64,000 nt of DNA from Phoronis australis. Taxonomy: Eukaryota > Animalia > Phoronida. Below the pieces are notes generated by a model, which worked only from the letters and a program-made list of their open reading frames with translations, did no database searches and had not been told where the DNA came from. Within the stretch, counting starts at the first letter, position 1, and every line of letters begins with the position of its first letter. Of the stretch, positions 1 through 13,600 are shown in pieces. The stretch lies in NCBI GenBank assembly GCA_002633005.1, contig NMRA01000002.1:194804-258803 (forward strand), in the 5' to 3' direction. Made by a program: the position numbers and the translations under genes.

Positions 1-1411
1 GAAGCAATTAACTAGGTCACTTTGACATGTCTGACCTTTAACCTTTGTGCTTTTGAAGAGCTCTGGAATGAATGAAAGTACAGTGACTGACCATGTCACA
101 CAAGCACAGCCATTTCTGAGAACAATGGTGAAAGCCATTCTGTTGTACTACCTAGACAAAGAATGGACTCCCTGAAACCAGAAATAGCTGTCATGAACAT
201 ATGATTTGTTGGTCTTACACGAAACAATAAGGTCGGCACCTCAAGTTTACCGAAAGAAATCCAGAAAAGTGTGTGTTGATTTGGACCGCATAAATTCGTC
301 CTGGATACACCTTCAAACCAAGTTACTGCACAAAAAACAACAAAGTTACTGCACAAAAAATAACCAAAAAAAAATACCTAATGTGCTTTGAATTCACTTT
401 TAATCAATTTGTATTTTTATCAGTTTATGTAATCAAGTTTTCAAGCATCAAAAAATATAACAGATCAACGCTATACCTGAATTACAGTAACCTGGTGATG
501 AAGCTGTCAGCTACTAACGCTATGGAAGGAATGTAAAGAAAGCAGGAGGTACATAATTATTCAACTGAACATGCGACATGGGCAAATGTCATGGGGACTA
601 ATTCAGTTCTTCATGCAACTGTTCCTTGTAATATATCAATGCTTAACTCAATGTTCTAGCGCCCAATTCCATGAGGTATAAGAGATAGTACAACATCACT
701 CTTCCCAGTCTCACTACATCCATGAAGCTGCCAAGCTAAAAAAGTCTACGACAGGGAGAAAGGCTAATAAACCGGCTGTCATGATTATCATCTACTTCAA
801 TGAACCACAATTTTCCCCTCATTATCATTGTGCTAGTACATCGACTGAACTACAATTTTCACCTTGTTGTCAACGTCATTATATCAGTGAATCACAATTT
901 TAATCTTGTAGTCTCCATGAAAGAGGATGCTTATAGACATGATCTGAGACATAATTCACTTCTTTTAACATAATTCAAATATACTGTAACAATACTAAAC
1001 CACATAGGATGTAAGATTAGGTAAATTACTGACGAGAATCATGACAAGCAATCACATATATACTCAAACATCAGTTTTGTGACATAAACCTTCAAACTTA
1101 CTAGAATTTGTATGGAGACATTTCCTGAGTAACTAAATACACCGGTATACCGTTTTCAAACTGCAAACATTTTAAAATAACTTGCAATGGAAACAAATGA
1201 CTCTCAGGAATTTCTGAGGACCAGGTCGCAGATGAGCCATTATTGGAAGTAAGCTTCCCACAATGATTTTATCGAGTTCACAGGAGACTATGTACCATAA
1301 CTGGAGGCTGGAACGAGGCAAGGTAAAGCAACCCAAATGACCAAACTACAGATGAAAAGACTTCCAACTTACCCTTGAAAGCAAAGTCCACTGAGAAATA
1401 CTATAACTTAC

Positions 1412-1561
1412 CATACACCATAAGGTAAGAAAACTTAGCTTGTATACAATCAGTTCCGGAAGAGTCAAGTTAGATGATAAGCTTGTGTGAACGTACAAAA
1501 AGTCATATAATAAGGCATAGAACTGTACAAAGAATATAATTAGAGTAACAAAGCCGTGCAT
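1412..1561 (-). CDS. AIG1/ADTRP family coding exon 1 variant D (50 aa)
   Basis: MHGFVTLIIFFVQFYALLYDFLYVHTSLSSNLTLPELIVYKLSFLTLWCM then ATG|GTAAGT phase-0 donor at Thr+4. Clear paralog of variant C. Acceptor ccttatctgtattag lies 30 nt before the ATG. Confidence 0.8.
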
Positions 1562-3037
1562 CGTGCAAAACAAAGGTCAGTGCATCATTATCTAATACAG
1601 ATAAGGACAAGACAGGTTCAAATAATTAATAATCAGAAGAATTACAGAAAACATGAATGTTATTTTTAAATCCGGTTAAAAATATAATGTAACGGTATTT
1701 CGTAACCTTGCATGTAAGGAGCAAAACTGACGCGGATTAATAACCACACAGTATGTGAAGATTGTCAATGATGTGGTTGCTGTCAAAATGTATGAATGGC
1801 ACATCACCTGAAGCAATGGGTGCCAAAAATTTATATTATCAAAATGGAAAGAATTTTTTACAGGTAATACTATAATGGGTAAATCTGGACAAACAATCTG
1901 AGCATCCAGACACTCCAAGTGCATGGTTGAATTTGAGTCTTTTACCCTGTTCACAAACTACTGGAAAATTGACCCCTTCTTTTGGGCTGAATCGCCAATG
2001 TTTTCACTGTCATTTTAGCCAGTGAAACTGCTAACGTTTTCAACACACTCGTGGTAGCCTAGTGTGAGAAAATCGTCCTTAAAACTCAGTGACATAAAAT
2101 CACGTTCCATCAAAGAAACTTAGACCACTTACCACTGTGAGTGACTATAAAATTTATCTCAATTTGTTCCTTGCTCAGATGAGAAGTGGATTTTGGTCCC
2201 GAAAACTAAGAACCGACAGCTTGACATTCATGAAGACCTCGATCAGTTAATAAAATGACCCACCGCAACCCGGGTCAATTTGTAGAGTCTCTAGCAATAA
2301 CAAACATTCAGCTCTTTTCAAGCTAAAAAATCACATCTATTGTGATTTTAAAAAATTTTGAGACAATTTTCATAACAGTAAATGTTGAAAATCAAAAGAA
2401 GCTTTTGTGACAGAGGGTGAGTTTATAAATATTTTAAGAGTCTGGAACAATGTCAGTTTCCACTTTGTTTCGCCCTGTTGTGTTAAGGTTATGTTGGACC
2501 CTAGAAAGATATTCAAATATCTCATAAACGACTGGTAGTATTCATAAGAAAGTTTCAGATACTATGTGTCACACGCTGTTCTCCAAATTGTTAGGAATTC
2601 TTTTCAGTATGTGCCACTTTTGAATGAGGGGTGTCAAATTAAGATTTTTGATTAGTTTTCTACACATATGTAGACACTAGGTACAAAGTACACAGATTTG
2701 TTGATAAGGTATTAAATAACCTAAATCTATGAAGATATCAGTAGGTAAACCTTAGGTCAGCAACCAACAGGGCTATGAACCTGGTGTTATGCATATCAGG
2801 GGTGTCAAATTACAACTGGTGGCAGCCTGATAATTTTGTGGAGCCTGTGGTCTCATAGTGTTGGCAGGCCATGTGCATGTGACCCACGAATAATCTTCAA
2901 TACTTCAAATGGATATTCAACGCAAACAAGTCATGCTAGATTAATATACCCGTAAGCAGAATTTCCAACAAGCTAAGCAAAATGTACAACCAGAGGGTGT
3001 ACACAATTTTTTTCTGAAAATACACCCAAGTCGTATA

Positions 3038-3381
3038 CAGGCCCTAAATTCCTCGATTTTGGGGCAGAATATCGGCCCAATTCCCCTCTGAAGAATATTG
3101 AAAAATCATGCAAAATTCCACTCATGATGTCCAAAAATTCCTCTCAAATGATTTAAAATTTCCCACTAGGTTCGATTCACTTGTTACTCGCACAGGTAGC
3201 TATTTGAAAGACCACAAAATGTTAGTTTTGGCTTCTCGAGGAAGAGCCTACATGGGGTTTTGCAGCAGGGTGGGGGTGCTTAATTTATGGTGATTGGGAT
3301 GTAACATTTTTCCCTCACTCCGAAATATCCCCATCTCAGAAGGCACAGGTATCTTTCTCCTGTGGATGAACGAGGGCCCTG
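3038..3381 (+). mobile_element. Dispersed ~340-bp non-autonomous element (hAT-like ends)
   Basis: Homologous copies at ~8150-8490 (same strand) and ~32897-33217 (inverted); termini resemble cagggccc/gggccctg. Confidence 0.7.
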
Positions 3382-4178
3382 GTGAAGAAGCAGGTCATAG
3401 TATTAGGCATAGAGACTAGGTGGATGTCTCATAGATCAGCAACTGCCTCTAGTTACCGTACTTCAATAGGACACAGTAAAGTGTATTTAAGTGCCGTTTA
3501 CACTTACAAACTTGGCACGGATCAGCTGACACGGAACAAGTTGTACTAGTGTTTAAACGGACTGACACGGAGCAAATTGACACCGCGGTGACAAATTTTT
3601 GCCACCCGTTTGTGAGTTAGAGCAATTTGCACCTGAACATCTTATGCCGTGTCAATTATAAGTCTAAACGTGAAACTGGAGCAAGGCGGAAAGGATCATC
3701 TCAACTGCGCTTGAGCAATGACCTTCATATGGGTTCTTTGTCACTGCAACTCTCGTCATTTGTAAACCATGTGTGATCCACTCTTTCCAGCCTGCAATTT
3801 CCGTCTTGCCACCGTTAGTGAGTTGTGTGTGTAAATGGTCCCTTGACACGGGTCAATTTGCTCAGTGTCAGTTGCGCAGGGCCAAAAGTTGATGTCTAAA
3901 TGGGACTTTAGTCATAATGTAGGCATTCAGTACAACAAAAACACTTACTGTTCAGTGCTGTTAATAGTCAGGGACAATAGGTCAAGTGCAGCATGGCAAC
4001 ACCTTCCCCCTACTCCCAGTAATAAATATAACAAATGACCGGCTACCAGATTAAAAGGCCTAATTCCATTTTTGTTTTTCAGCACCTTAAACAGGGCAGA
4101 ATGCAGCTTAAAACTCCTGACAAAAAAACTTTCCTAACAATACCTCTGAAAGCAAAGTCTAGTGACTAATGAACCTAC

Positions 4179-4325
4179 CATACACCAAAAGGTAAGAAAC
4201 TTTAACTTGTGTGCAATCGTTCCAAGAAATGTAAAGTTAGAAGAGACCGGGTGGACATACAAAAAGTCATACAATAAGGCATAGAACTGTACAGTAAATA
4301 TAACCAACGTCACTAAGGCATGCAT
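4179..4325 (-). CDS. AIG1/ADTRP family coding exon 1 variant C (49 aa)
   Basis: MHALVTLVIFTVQFYALLYDFLYVHPVSSNFTFLGTIAHKLKFLTFWCM then ATG|GTAGGT phase-0 donor at Thr+4. A possible acceptor lies 37 nt before the ATG. Confidence 0.8.
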
Positions 4326-5386
4326 CTTGCCAGCTTGATCCCAAAGTCCTTTGTGTGCTTATCTGTATTACAGTTTTACAGCAGGTAAAATTAAATGTTT
4401 ATTTTCCATGAGGTCATATTACACTACCAGTGCCACCTATTGGGACAAACTTTGACTTACAATAACAATTTGAGATCGACAGGTTATTGTCACCACTTTA
4501 ACTTAAAGAAGACTGTAAAGCGGTAAACAGGCTAAATTGAAATATTGAAGTGGTTCTCTGCCACTGACACTGAATTCAACCTGCTCACCAGGTATTTTTA
4601 GGGTTTGTTCGTAAAGATTTTTAATTTCTGTTCATATCAAAGCATTTTCTTTTAGTTTCAAAAAATTATCTGTCAACTGCTTGCCACTTCGTCCATTTTT
4701 CTCCCACAAGGGAAAGCACGCTTCCTCATTTGGTACAGCAAGACATATAGACGTAGCAAATTTTTCACGTAAGGAAAATGTCACCTTTGACCTCAAGCGA
4801 CTTCAAGCAACTAACTGCGAGTGCATGCACGCATTATCACAAGTGTGAGGAAGATTAGAAACCATGTTGTAACCATAGAGTTTTTCCATCAGGCGTATTT
4901 CAAAAATCGTGAATTTTGTGATTGTTTCTGGAAGTTTCCTCACAGGGGAAAGTAAAGTAAATTCCGCTGAACTAGACATTGCGAGATGGTACTTTCAACA
5001 GGAATTGTTTTAAAAATATCTTTGACGAGCTTTCGCGATCCATGCCTCTTTAACCCTACACACTCTGATAGTGCTATTAGATCAATGTACCTTTCTTGTT
5101 AAATTTTACTGAACATGGTCAAGTGATTCATTAAATAACACATCGGTAACAACTTAAAAATCAAATTCTTCAGGCTTTCTACTTTCAGTAAATATATCTG
5201 TATTTTTATTGAGCTAAAATCTACAGCTTTTTGGATATTTGGCTGAATACGCAGTCTTGTCAATAACACCCAACATAACCTTTAAGTTGCATATTTACTG
5301 CATGTATGCATGTGCAGCATTGCATATTAATTTGCAAATATAGTTCAACTGGCTGATAGCCATCATGCCTAAAGTTGTGCTAATTA

Positions 5387-5537
5387 GGGCTCAGTTGCAT
5401 AAAACTTCAAAAGTTATCCGCTGGAAAAGTTTGTTTGTTGCATGACATCAGATGCATTGTTCAACAAAAACAGTGTGTCCATGATAATGCGAAGTCATTG
5501 TTGTTATACAGTGTGTAACTTTTATGCAACTGAGCCC
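5387..5537. mobile_element. Small TIR element (Harbinger-like MITE)
   Basis: 18-bp inverted repeats gggctcagttgcataaaa / ttttatgcaactgagccc; TSD not clean. Confidence 0.65.
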
Positions 5538-7103
5538 TGGTTTAGTGCTCCATTGTTCACAAACACATTTTGGCAAGGGAAAAACTAGGCTCGTCGGAAA
5601 ACATTCCAAAAGACATGACAATGAGTTTTATATTTAAATCCTCCTGGGCACCACCACTCATACACGCCACCAATATCACCTCATGGCTTCAATTCATTGT
5701 GGATTCAATACAAATTACGAGCACGTTTACTTGCCTCAAGCTTTCAATTGCCATGATTGGTTTAACATAGGGAAGACACCGGGATCACGTCAGGAAGCGG
5801 TCTTGCAGCATTGCCACATTTTTTTGTACGTGTCTCTGATAAATTACCTTAGAGCACCTGAATGTCCGCAAGCTGCAGACAGCAATGTATTTCAGAACTA
5901 TAAGTCAGAGGCCTGTGCTCAGACAGTAATCTTTTGATCTACCCATGAACCCGGTTCCCTGAGCAGCAAAAGCCCTCTGTCGGGCAATGGCATGTCTTAG
6001 TTTGCGCATTTACTTTGCTACGCACATGCCCATCTGAACACCCTTGATTACCTAATGTTCACAGTATCGAGGGTAAAATATAACAGCAAGAGTCTTGTTT
6101 GAGTTGCCGGCTTCAATGCTAGGAGCTCGATAAAAAAATGAAGTGATCCATGCTAAATCATTTTATTAAAGAAAAAAACAGTGGCTCCTGAGTTTTTGAA
6201 GCCCCATGGTGACTCATTGCCACCATGATGACATGGTGACTTAATTGGCAAGTTTTTCAAATATTTCATTGATTGTTTTCATGAAGATGTTTTTTCTTGG
6301 GGAATTCTTTGGTACGCTATTGCAATTGATGGCCAAGAATACTAAGGTCCCAGCTGCTCCGAAACCCTTCAAAGCAGTAAAACAACGTAGATGGTCAATA
6401 TGCTAGTAGTGAGTTTTGTAGCAGCAGCGAAACTGGTCCTTGGAATCAGGTCAGCGTAAAACTCAGAAAATGTATTTTGATATGATTTACCAGAAAGTCA
6501 CATGTCCGTTACAATTAAAAAATGTCCTCGCAAAAAACATAAAAAGGAATAGTTTGTACTCCAAACTTGAAAACTTAAAGTGATTTCTGATTAGTTGAAT
6601 TTCATTGAACGACTGGAAACATTTGTAGAATAAATCAAAAACATGATTATTACATAATGCTGTAGTACTCCTGTTTACCTGATAATGAATGCATCTGATT
6701 TTTTAAAAATCCGATTAAAGATATTTAGGAAAATGTCCCAAGTTGGCCAACTTCAAAACATCACCTCTCAGAACTGGCCAATAGGATTCCCGTGAAAACT
6801 TCAGATGCTTTTTGCACTATTCTCCAAAGTTCTAAGTTATGATTCGTCTTTAAAATGCTCCACTTCTGTATAATGGCAATCAAAAAACAAAATATTGTCA
6901 CTAAGCCAAATAATGACAGACTGGTAAAAAGACAAAAATCAAATTCTACTAGATTAACACTTCTTTGAAATATACATACTTTTACTAAAGGCCCGTTAAT
7001 ACTAACTTAACTATGGTATGAGTGTAGCGTTGGTGTAAACTGCGAAGTTAATAGTCCTTTTGCAAGTTTATAGCAATAACGCGAGATTATGTGAGACTAA
7101 ATG

Positions 7104-7119
7104 TGACGTCACCGGAAGT
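7104..7119. promoter_or_regulatory. Adjacent CRE + ETS motif (TGACGTCA-CCGGAAGT)
   Basis: Perfect motifs in a locally CpG-enriched segment between AIG1 variants B and C. Confidence 0.35.
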
Positions 7120-8149
7120 GGGGTAAAATCTTGTCGTTTGGCCATTTGCCCGATACGGTAGCAGAGTGTATTCTGTTGTTTACTTCGAACTTTTAATCTT
7201 TTAGTGTGAAAAATGCCAAACAAGCATTTCTGTTATGGCAAATGAAATTCAGATTCGCACTACAATACCTTCCATCGCGTTCTGTACTAATTTCGTCCTG
7301 TGTATTTTAAACAGCAAAATCCGCTCACTGATTAAGTTTTCACCTCGCCAAAAATACATTCTACACCTAAAATTATCACCTACTAAGGCGCTTACATTCT
7401 TCAGTGATTCTTTCTGCTTCTAAACATATCTTTGATGAAGCTTAGCTACGGGAATTCAGGTGACTTTGGCGAAGAATTCCAACTCCACAGTTTGGTTACT
7501 GTTAACTTTGTCCGCGTGCGCGATAACCACAAAGTATTTCAACTGAGTCAGATGAGTAGGCCTGAGGTAAAAGCTATCGCGAGATTGAGCAAAGCGCGTG
7601 ACCTGGCGCGTGACACTTGCACAATAGCATGTGAAAATATCAAGTGAAATTTGTAAGATTTGTGTCCCTTGGACTTTTTGTTTGTCAACAGGCGTGATTT
7701 CACATAACTTCCTCAAAATGGTGCCCGGTGAGAGAAACTCGAGCAAACCGCGAAGTTTTTATGGATATGTTCAAGTTATTTGTAGATAACCATAGGTGAT
7801 GCTGTCATCACCGAAGTAATCACAAGGTGGCGCTGATGCATCCCATGTGCGCTAAGATTTTTTTAACGAGACAATTTGAGAACATTGACAACAATTAGAG
7901 GGTTGTGTCATTACTAATAGTTACTTAATAATATGTTATGTTAGAATTTGTATTTTATTTGCCTAAATACACAAAACTTGCCGATCTAAGGTCCTACATA
8001 ACTATAAATAAAAACACTTTAATAATTAGTTACTAAGTTAATATATATTCTGTTGAAGCAATAGAGTAGTTGATGGACAGTGTGCAGATTTTCCAGCATT
8101 TTTAACCATTTTCTGCCATCACCATGCAATCAAATTGCCACTGATGTGC

Positions 8150-8490
8150 CTGGGCCCTCAATTTTGGGGCCAAACATCGTCCCCATTCCCCTCTGAAAAA
8201 TATTGAAAAATCACATGAAATTTCCTTCATGAGGCCCAAAAATTCCCCTCAAGTGATTGATAACTTTCCCTCAAGGTTCAAATCACTTGTACCCCACACA
8301 GGTGGCAATTTGAAAGAGCACAAAAAGTTTATTTTTGGCTACTAAAGGCAGACCCTATGAGAGCTTTCAAAAGAGGTGAGGGGTGCTATTGATGAATAGC
8401 GGGGGGCGTAGAATTTTCCACTCACCCCAAAAAATTCACCTCTCAGAAGGCACAGTCACTTTTCCCCTCATCGGGTGATAAAGGGCCCGG
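8150..8490 (+). mobile_element. Copy of the 3038-3381 repeat family
   Basis: Shared attcccctctg..aatattgaaaaatca and tctcagaaggcacag blocks. Confidence 0.7.
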
Positions 8491-9182
8491 CGTGCATCAG
8501 GATGATCGGATGATTCACACAAAAATGTCCTGTCTCAAAATGTCCGTGAATGTAAGAAATTGCATCACGTCCCATGTTGTCTTGCACAAAGTGAAGAGAA
8601 AGGCCTTTTGTGCTTTCACTGTGCTGAAGAGTAGTATGTCAAACTTGTTCGCCTGAATCTAAGAAAATGTTCCTTAATCTTAATATAGACGGAAGATATT
8701 GGTATACTTTGATATTATTTAAATAATACATCTTAGCTCGGATAACAGCAACTAACGGCCTTTTTATACATCATGTGCACCAACCTAGACTAACAGGGCA
8801 AGAAAATATTGTGCTCATGATGTCTCTAAGTTCCCAATACCTTTAGCATTGGATTGCAAAGACAGAGAGTCATGAATTAAAATGCAAAATAAATTGTGTA
8901 GGCCTAATACATATGTTGTATGGGGTCAATGCAATGATAAGACGATGCTAAACTCGAAAACCCAAATTTACTTCACAGAACGACAATACTTCACTAAGTT
9001 TAGGATCCAAAATCGCATGGTATAAGGGCTCCAATTAATTTGTCTCCAAAATGGTTACAGAACTACTGAAGGTGTCTCCCTAACCCACACTTATATAAAG
9101 CGCATAGCACTCATTGAGCGCACTGCACTCATTGCAGGGGAGACTCCTACTTCTAGAAACTTCCAAACAAAACTGCACTCAC

Positions 9183-9323
9183 CGCATTTACGAAAGTGAG
9201 ATACTTGAACCGTTCACCGAAGATGCCATCCCAGAGCCCAGGTATGTAAAGATGTTCATAACAATACACATACAAACCAAATATACTAAGGTGGAATGTG
9301 AAAACCAGACCAGTTGAAGACAT
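9183..9323 (-). CDS. AIG1/ADTRP family coding exon 1 variant B (47 aa)
   Basis: MSSTGLVFTFHLSIFGLYVYCYEHLYIPGLWDGIFGERFKYLTFVNA then GCG|GTGAGT phase-0 donor at Thr+4. Acceptor ctgtttag lies 7 nt before the ATG. Confidence 0.82.
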
Positions 9324-10017
9324 GTTAGTGCTAAACAGGTCACAGCTTAGATGATAAGAACCAGTTGTCTGCAGCACCACTTTGACAATGGAAAAAGTTC
9401 ACAATGTAGCGCTAGAGTTGATACTTTCTGCTTCCAGCTAAGTTACATTTTTATTGTTGTTATTGTTGTGTGGGTCACATAAAGTAACAGCATTGACCAT
9501 GAATGATGTTATAAAAAGTGTACCAAATTTTAGAGTAGTAAGTTACATTCTCCTCAGACAAAAATCAACAAGTTGGCTTGTGTCCATAATAGAAGCCATG
9601 CTTGTTCAATACCAAGGAAGACTACTTTACTTGCAGCATACAATTGTTCCTTCTAAGGCAAATTTTCAGTTTTGGGTGTTTCAGTAGTAATACCAAATCC
9701 TGCCAACAGAGGACATGCAGGGTGAACTCTGCAGACAACATTTATAGATGTTCCCTTGGCCACAAGATAATGAAACTCCAAAGGTTATACCAATATTATT
9801 TCAGTTACTGAAAGTTTATATACTGTACTTGTTGATGCACTATTTTATTTTGCAGTGCGTAAGGCTACGTCATAGTACGTGTGTCAATTGGTTAAGCTTC
9901 TTATATAACAGACTTTCCGGTACTATCTGACCTTCTTGACATGAACCGCTATACTGCTAACGCGTACAACGCTAACGATGTTTTTTTATGGAGCCTAGAG
10001 CCTATATCATTGTAAGT

Positions 10018-10246
10018 TTATACTATTTTTCTTTTAAGGCCTCTTGCTCTCGATTGGGCTATCTCTCGGTTGTTCGGAAACGTATCACTTCCCTCTCGAA
10101 AGGGCAATGGAACTATGTAGTGACCATCTGCGTGCTGAACGCCTCGGTTCACAACATGTAGGAATCGTCTGTCGTCTTGGGAGTAGACGGCGTCGTCCTT
10201 CTCGTTAGCAGCATATTCGCAAAAGTCGTATTCGAATAATTTCTGA
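10018..10246 (-). mobile_element. BEL/Pao LTR retrotransposon pol fragment
   Basis: DGHYIVPLPFRE..FPNNREIAQSRARGLKRK matches the BEL/Pao pre-RT motif; truncated at the N at 10247. Confidence 0.75.
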
Positions 10247-10347
10247 NTGAACTCTGCAGACAACATTTATAGATGTTCCCTTGGCCACAAGATAATGAAA
10301 CTCCAAAGGTTATACCAATATTATTTCAGTCACTGAAAGTTTATATA

Positions 10348-10450
10348 CTGTACTCGTCCGGGTTACGGCCCATGCTCGGCTTACCGCCCACCCCTTGTTT
10401 TTTAAGATTCCCAATTTAAGCGCCCTGGGCTGTAACGCAGACCAGTACTG
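10348..10450. mobile_element. Short diverged member of the same MITE family
   Basis: Shares gggttacggcccatgctcggcttaccgccc and caatttaagcgccc; imperfect TIRs with TA flanks. Confidence 0.6.
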
Positions 10451-10656
10451 TAATAAAGCATACAAAAATTTGATACATACAAACATATTGCAGTACTTTT
10501 ATCTTATTCACAACAGTGCATCTTCACTCCACTTAACATACCGTGCATTAAAGGGGCACTTCACTGATATTTAGTTCTCGTTGTTGAGTCCTAAACCAAA
10601 ACGATGTTTAAAAATACAACCAGACTCATCTGATCCCGAGTTGCTTGCCACATGAG

Positions 10657-13600
10657 CCGGCAACTCAAATTACAAGCAATACATACGGTACATCCATTTC
10701 CAACATTCAAAAAGCAGGACACTTCAACCTAGGCCATATAGGAAGGAGAAGATGCATAAAATTGCTAATTGTCCTGCATTTTGAAGGGTTGTCCTGCTAA
10801 TGGGCACATGGCAAAATAGATTTATCACCTAATATTATTATGATATTCCACATGATATATTTATAACCCCTAGCCCAGTTTTTCTGTTGAACTAAAGTGA
10901 CAAACAGTGCAATGGCATTTTGAGGTGTTGAGGTGGGTTTTTCAATCTGTCCTTTTGGCCCCAGCTTTATATCCGATTGTCTCGCTTTTTCAATGCCGAG
11001 TCCCGTTTTCTCATTTTCAAATGTTAGCAAATAGGCACGGTACAAGGTAACAGCCAGAATCACCATGGCGAAGTTTTTTAGTCTTGCTTGTGAAATAGAA
11101 CAGGGAAGTGAGGTAAATAATGTGGAAAAGCACAATAATATAAAATAATATGTAAATTTTGTTGCATGAGTCAAAAAGCGGGACACTGAAGTGCTGTGAC
11201 AGGAGGCGGGACAAAGCTTCAAAAAGCAGGTCCAAATGCGAGGCAGTTGGTAAGTAATTCTTGACATTCATAAAAAGCAGTTCATCTGAATCAGTCATCA
11301 GGGCCAAATTTCCACTACCCAGAAAAATTCCTGGCCAGGGCGCGCCTTATGATAAAAAGTGTACCTTTTTTCAAAAAGTTGCACCCAGAGAGCGCACTGC
11401 TGTAATGTAATTGTGCATTTTTATTTTTTTATGTGCTAGTGGTGCAAAGACGCAGTCCAAGAATATCCCTGGCTACCACAACCAAAAACACAGATGGCAT
11501 TTTCAGTCAATCCTACGAAATGGAACGTGAAATATGGGTAAGTTGCGTGGAAAAGCACAGTAGTACATCAGTTTCGGGCATTTGAATAACCAGAAACAAA
11601 ACAAAACAAAACAAAAAAGAAACACATAAAACAGTTGATTTTCATAATATTGGAGTTCAAAAGCCAGTGCAGTATAGGACCTGAAAGTCTAGCCATGAAG
11701 TGGTTGATCTAGGATATCACAAGGGGGGCCCACCATTTTGTCAGTAAACATTTGCGCAAAGCACGATTTTAGATGTGCATAGCACCGAATGGGGGGAGGT
11801 TGGGAGGGGGGGCGAACCCCCCCTCGGCCGCCAAGAACATTTTTCTGTTTTTTCCTCTAAAAATCAAGCATTTTCCTTGATTCCTGAAGTATTATCCAAG
11901 AAAAAAGAAGCAAAGGAAAAAAATACAGAGAACATGTCTAACTTGAAAAATTGCAATTACCACAGACTCAAACTCATGCCCTGCACCACGATTTCACTCG
12001 TACATTGATTGACATTCTAAGAGACCTACTTGTTTATGGTCCACAGCGTTTGCGCACGAAACCTACTTCTTTTTGTAAAATTTTTACACTTTTCATATTT
12101 TGTGCAATCAGTTCATAACAAATTTGTTGTATTTAAAATAGTCTTCAATTGCCCAAAAGACCAAATCCGTTTTTTTGTGTTGGCATTAATGACGCGGTTG
12201 CTTTGGAAATCGTCTTAAGTTAAGGTTGACAAAGAGAGTAAATGAGTTTCTGGGTGATTCACTAAGGCTTCGATTAAAATTCACATCTTACCAGCAGCTT
12301 GTTTTTTCATCGTCAATCAGATTCCATTTTCTTTAAAAAATGAATTTTCTTCATTGCACAGTGAAGCAGACAATGGAAACGGAGTCGTAGTGTGCAGCGC
12401 CACTGCCGGTCGTCTGAGATATTGCGGGAGAGCCTATACTAAGCCATAGTTCCATTACGATTGCGCTGCGTTCCGAATTTGACACTTGAAATTGGATCTG
12501 AGCCCCCAACACACTAAAACTGCACATATTTAAATCTTGTTTCAGCCGTAAAATGTAACCAGGGTTAATTAATAAACTCAACATTTCTCTACGCTCTTCC
12601 TGTTTTATTTTTTGTGCCCCCCCCCCCCNCATAGTGAATAGATGTATCTTGTAGATCTCTAGAATAAACCCACGTAAAACCGTAACACAGAGTTTTGTTT
12701 GAAAGAGGTTTTCATACACCGGCAACTCAAATTACAGGCAATACATACATCCATTTCCAACATTCAAAAAGCAGGGCATTTCAACCTAGGCCATATAGGA
12801 AGGAGAAGATGCATAAAATTGCTAATTGTCCACATGATATATTTATAACCCCTAGCCCAGTTTTTCTGTTGAACTAAACTAAAGTGAAAAACAGTGCAAT
12901 GGCATTTTGAGGTGTTGAGGTGGGTTTTTCGATCTGTCCCTTTGGCCCCAGCTGTTCTGCACGGTACAAGGACAGAATCACCATGGCGAAGTTGTTTAGT
13001 CTTGCTTGTGAAATAGAACAGGGAAGTGAGGTAAATAATGTGGAAAAGCACAATAATATAAAATAATATGTAAATGTTGTTGCATGAGTCAAAAAGCGGG
13101 ACACTGAGGTGCTGTGACAGGAGGCGGGACAAAGCTTCAAAAAGCAGGTCCAAATGCGAGACAGTTGGTAAGTAATTCTTGACATTCATAAAAAGCAGTT
13201 CATCTGAATCAGTCATCAGGGCCAAATTTCCACTACCCAGAAAAATTCCTGGCCAGGGCGCACCTTATGATAAAAAGTGTACCTTTTTTCAAAAAGTTGC
13301 GCCCAGAGAGCGCACTGCTGTAATGTAATTGTGTATTTTTATTTTTTATGTGCTAATGGTGCAAAGACGCAGTCCAAGAATATCCCTGGCTACCACAACC
13401 AAAAACACAGATGGCATTTTCAGTCAATCCTACAAAATGGAACGTGAAATATAGGTAAGTTGCCTGGAAAAGCACATAAAAATATACAGTGGTACATCAG
13501 TTTCGGGCATTTGAACAACCAGAAACAAAACAAAACAAAACAAAACAAAAATGAAACACATAAAACAGTTGATTTTCATAATATTGGAGTTCCAAAGCCA

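Noticed and set aside
10797-13225. Repeated hydrophobic ORFs (MALMTDSDELL..., MSRITYQL...)
   Set aside because: They recur only because the block is duplicated, indels disrupt the frames between copies, and no domain is recognisable.
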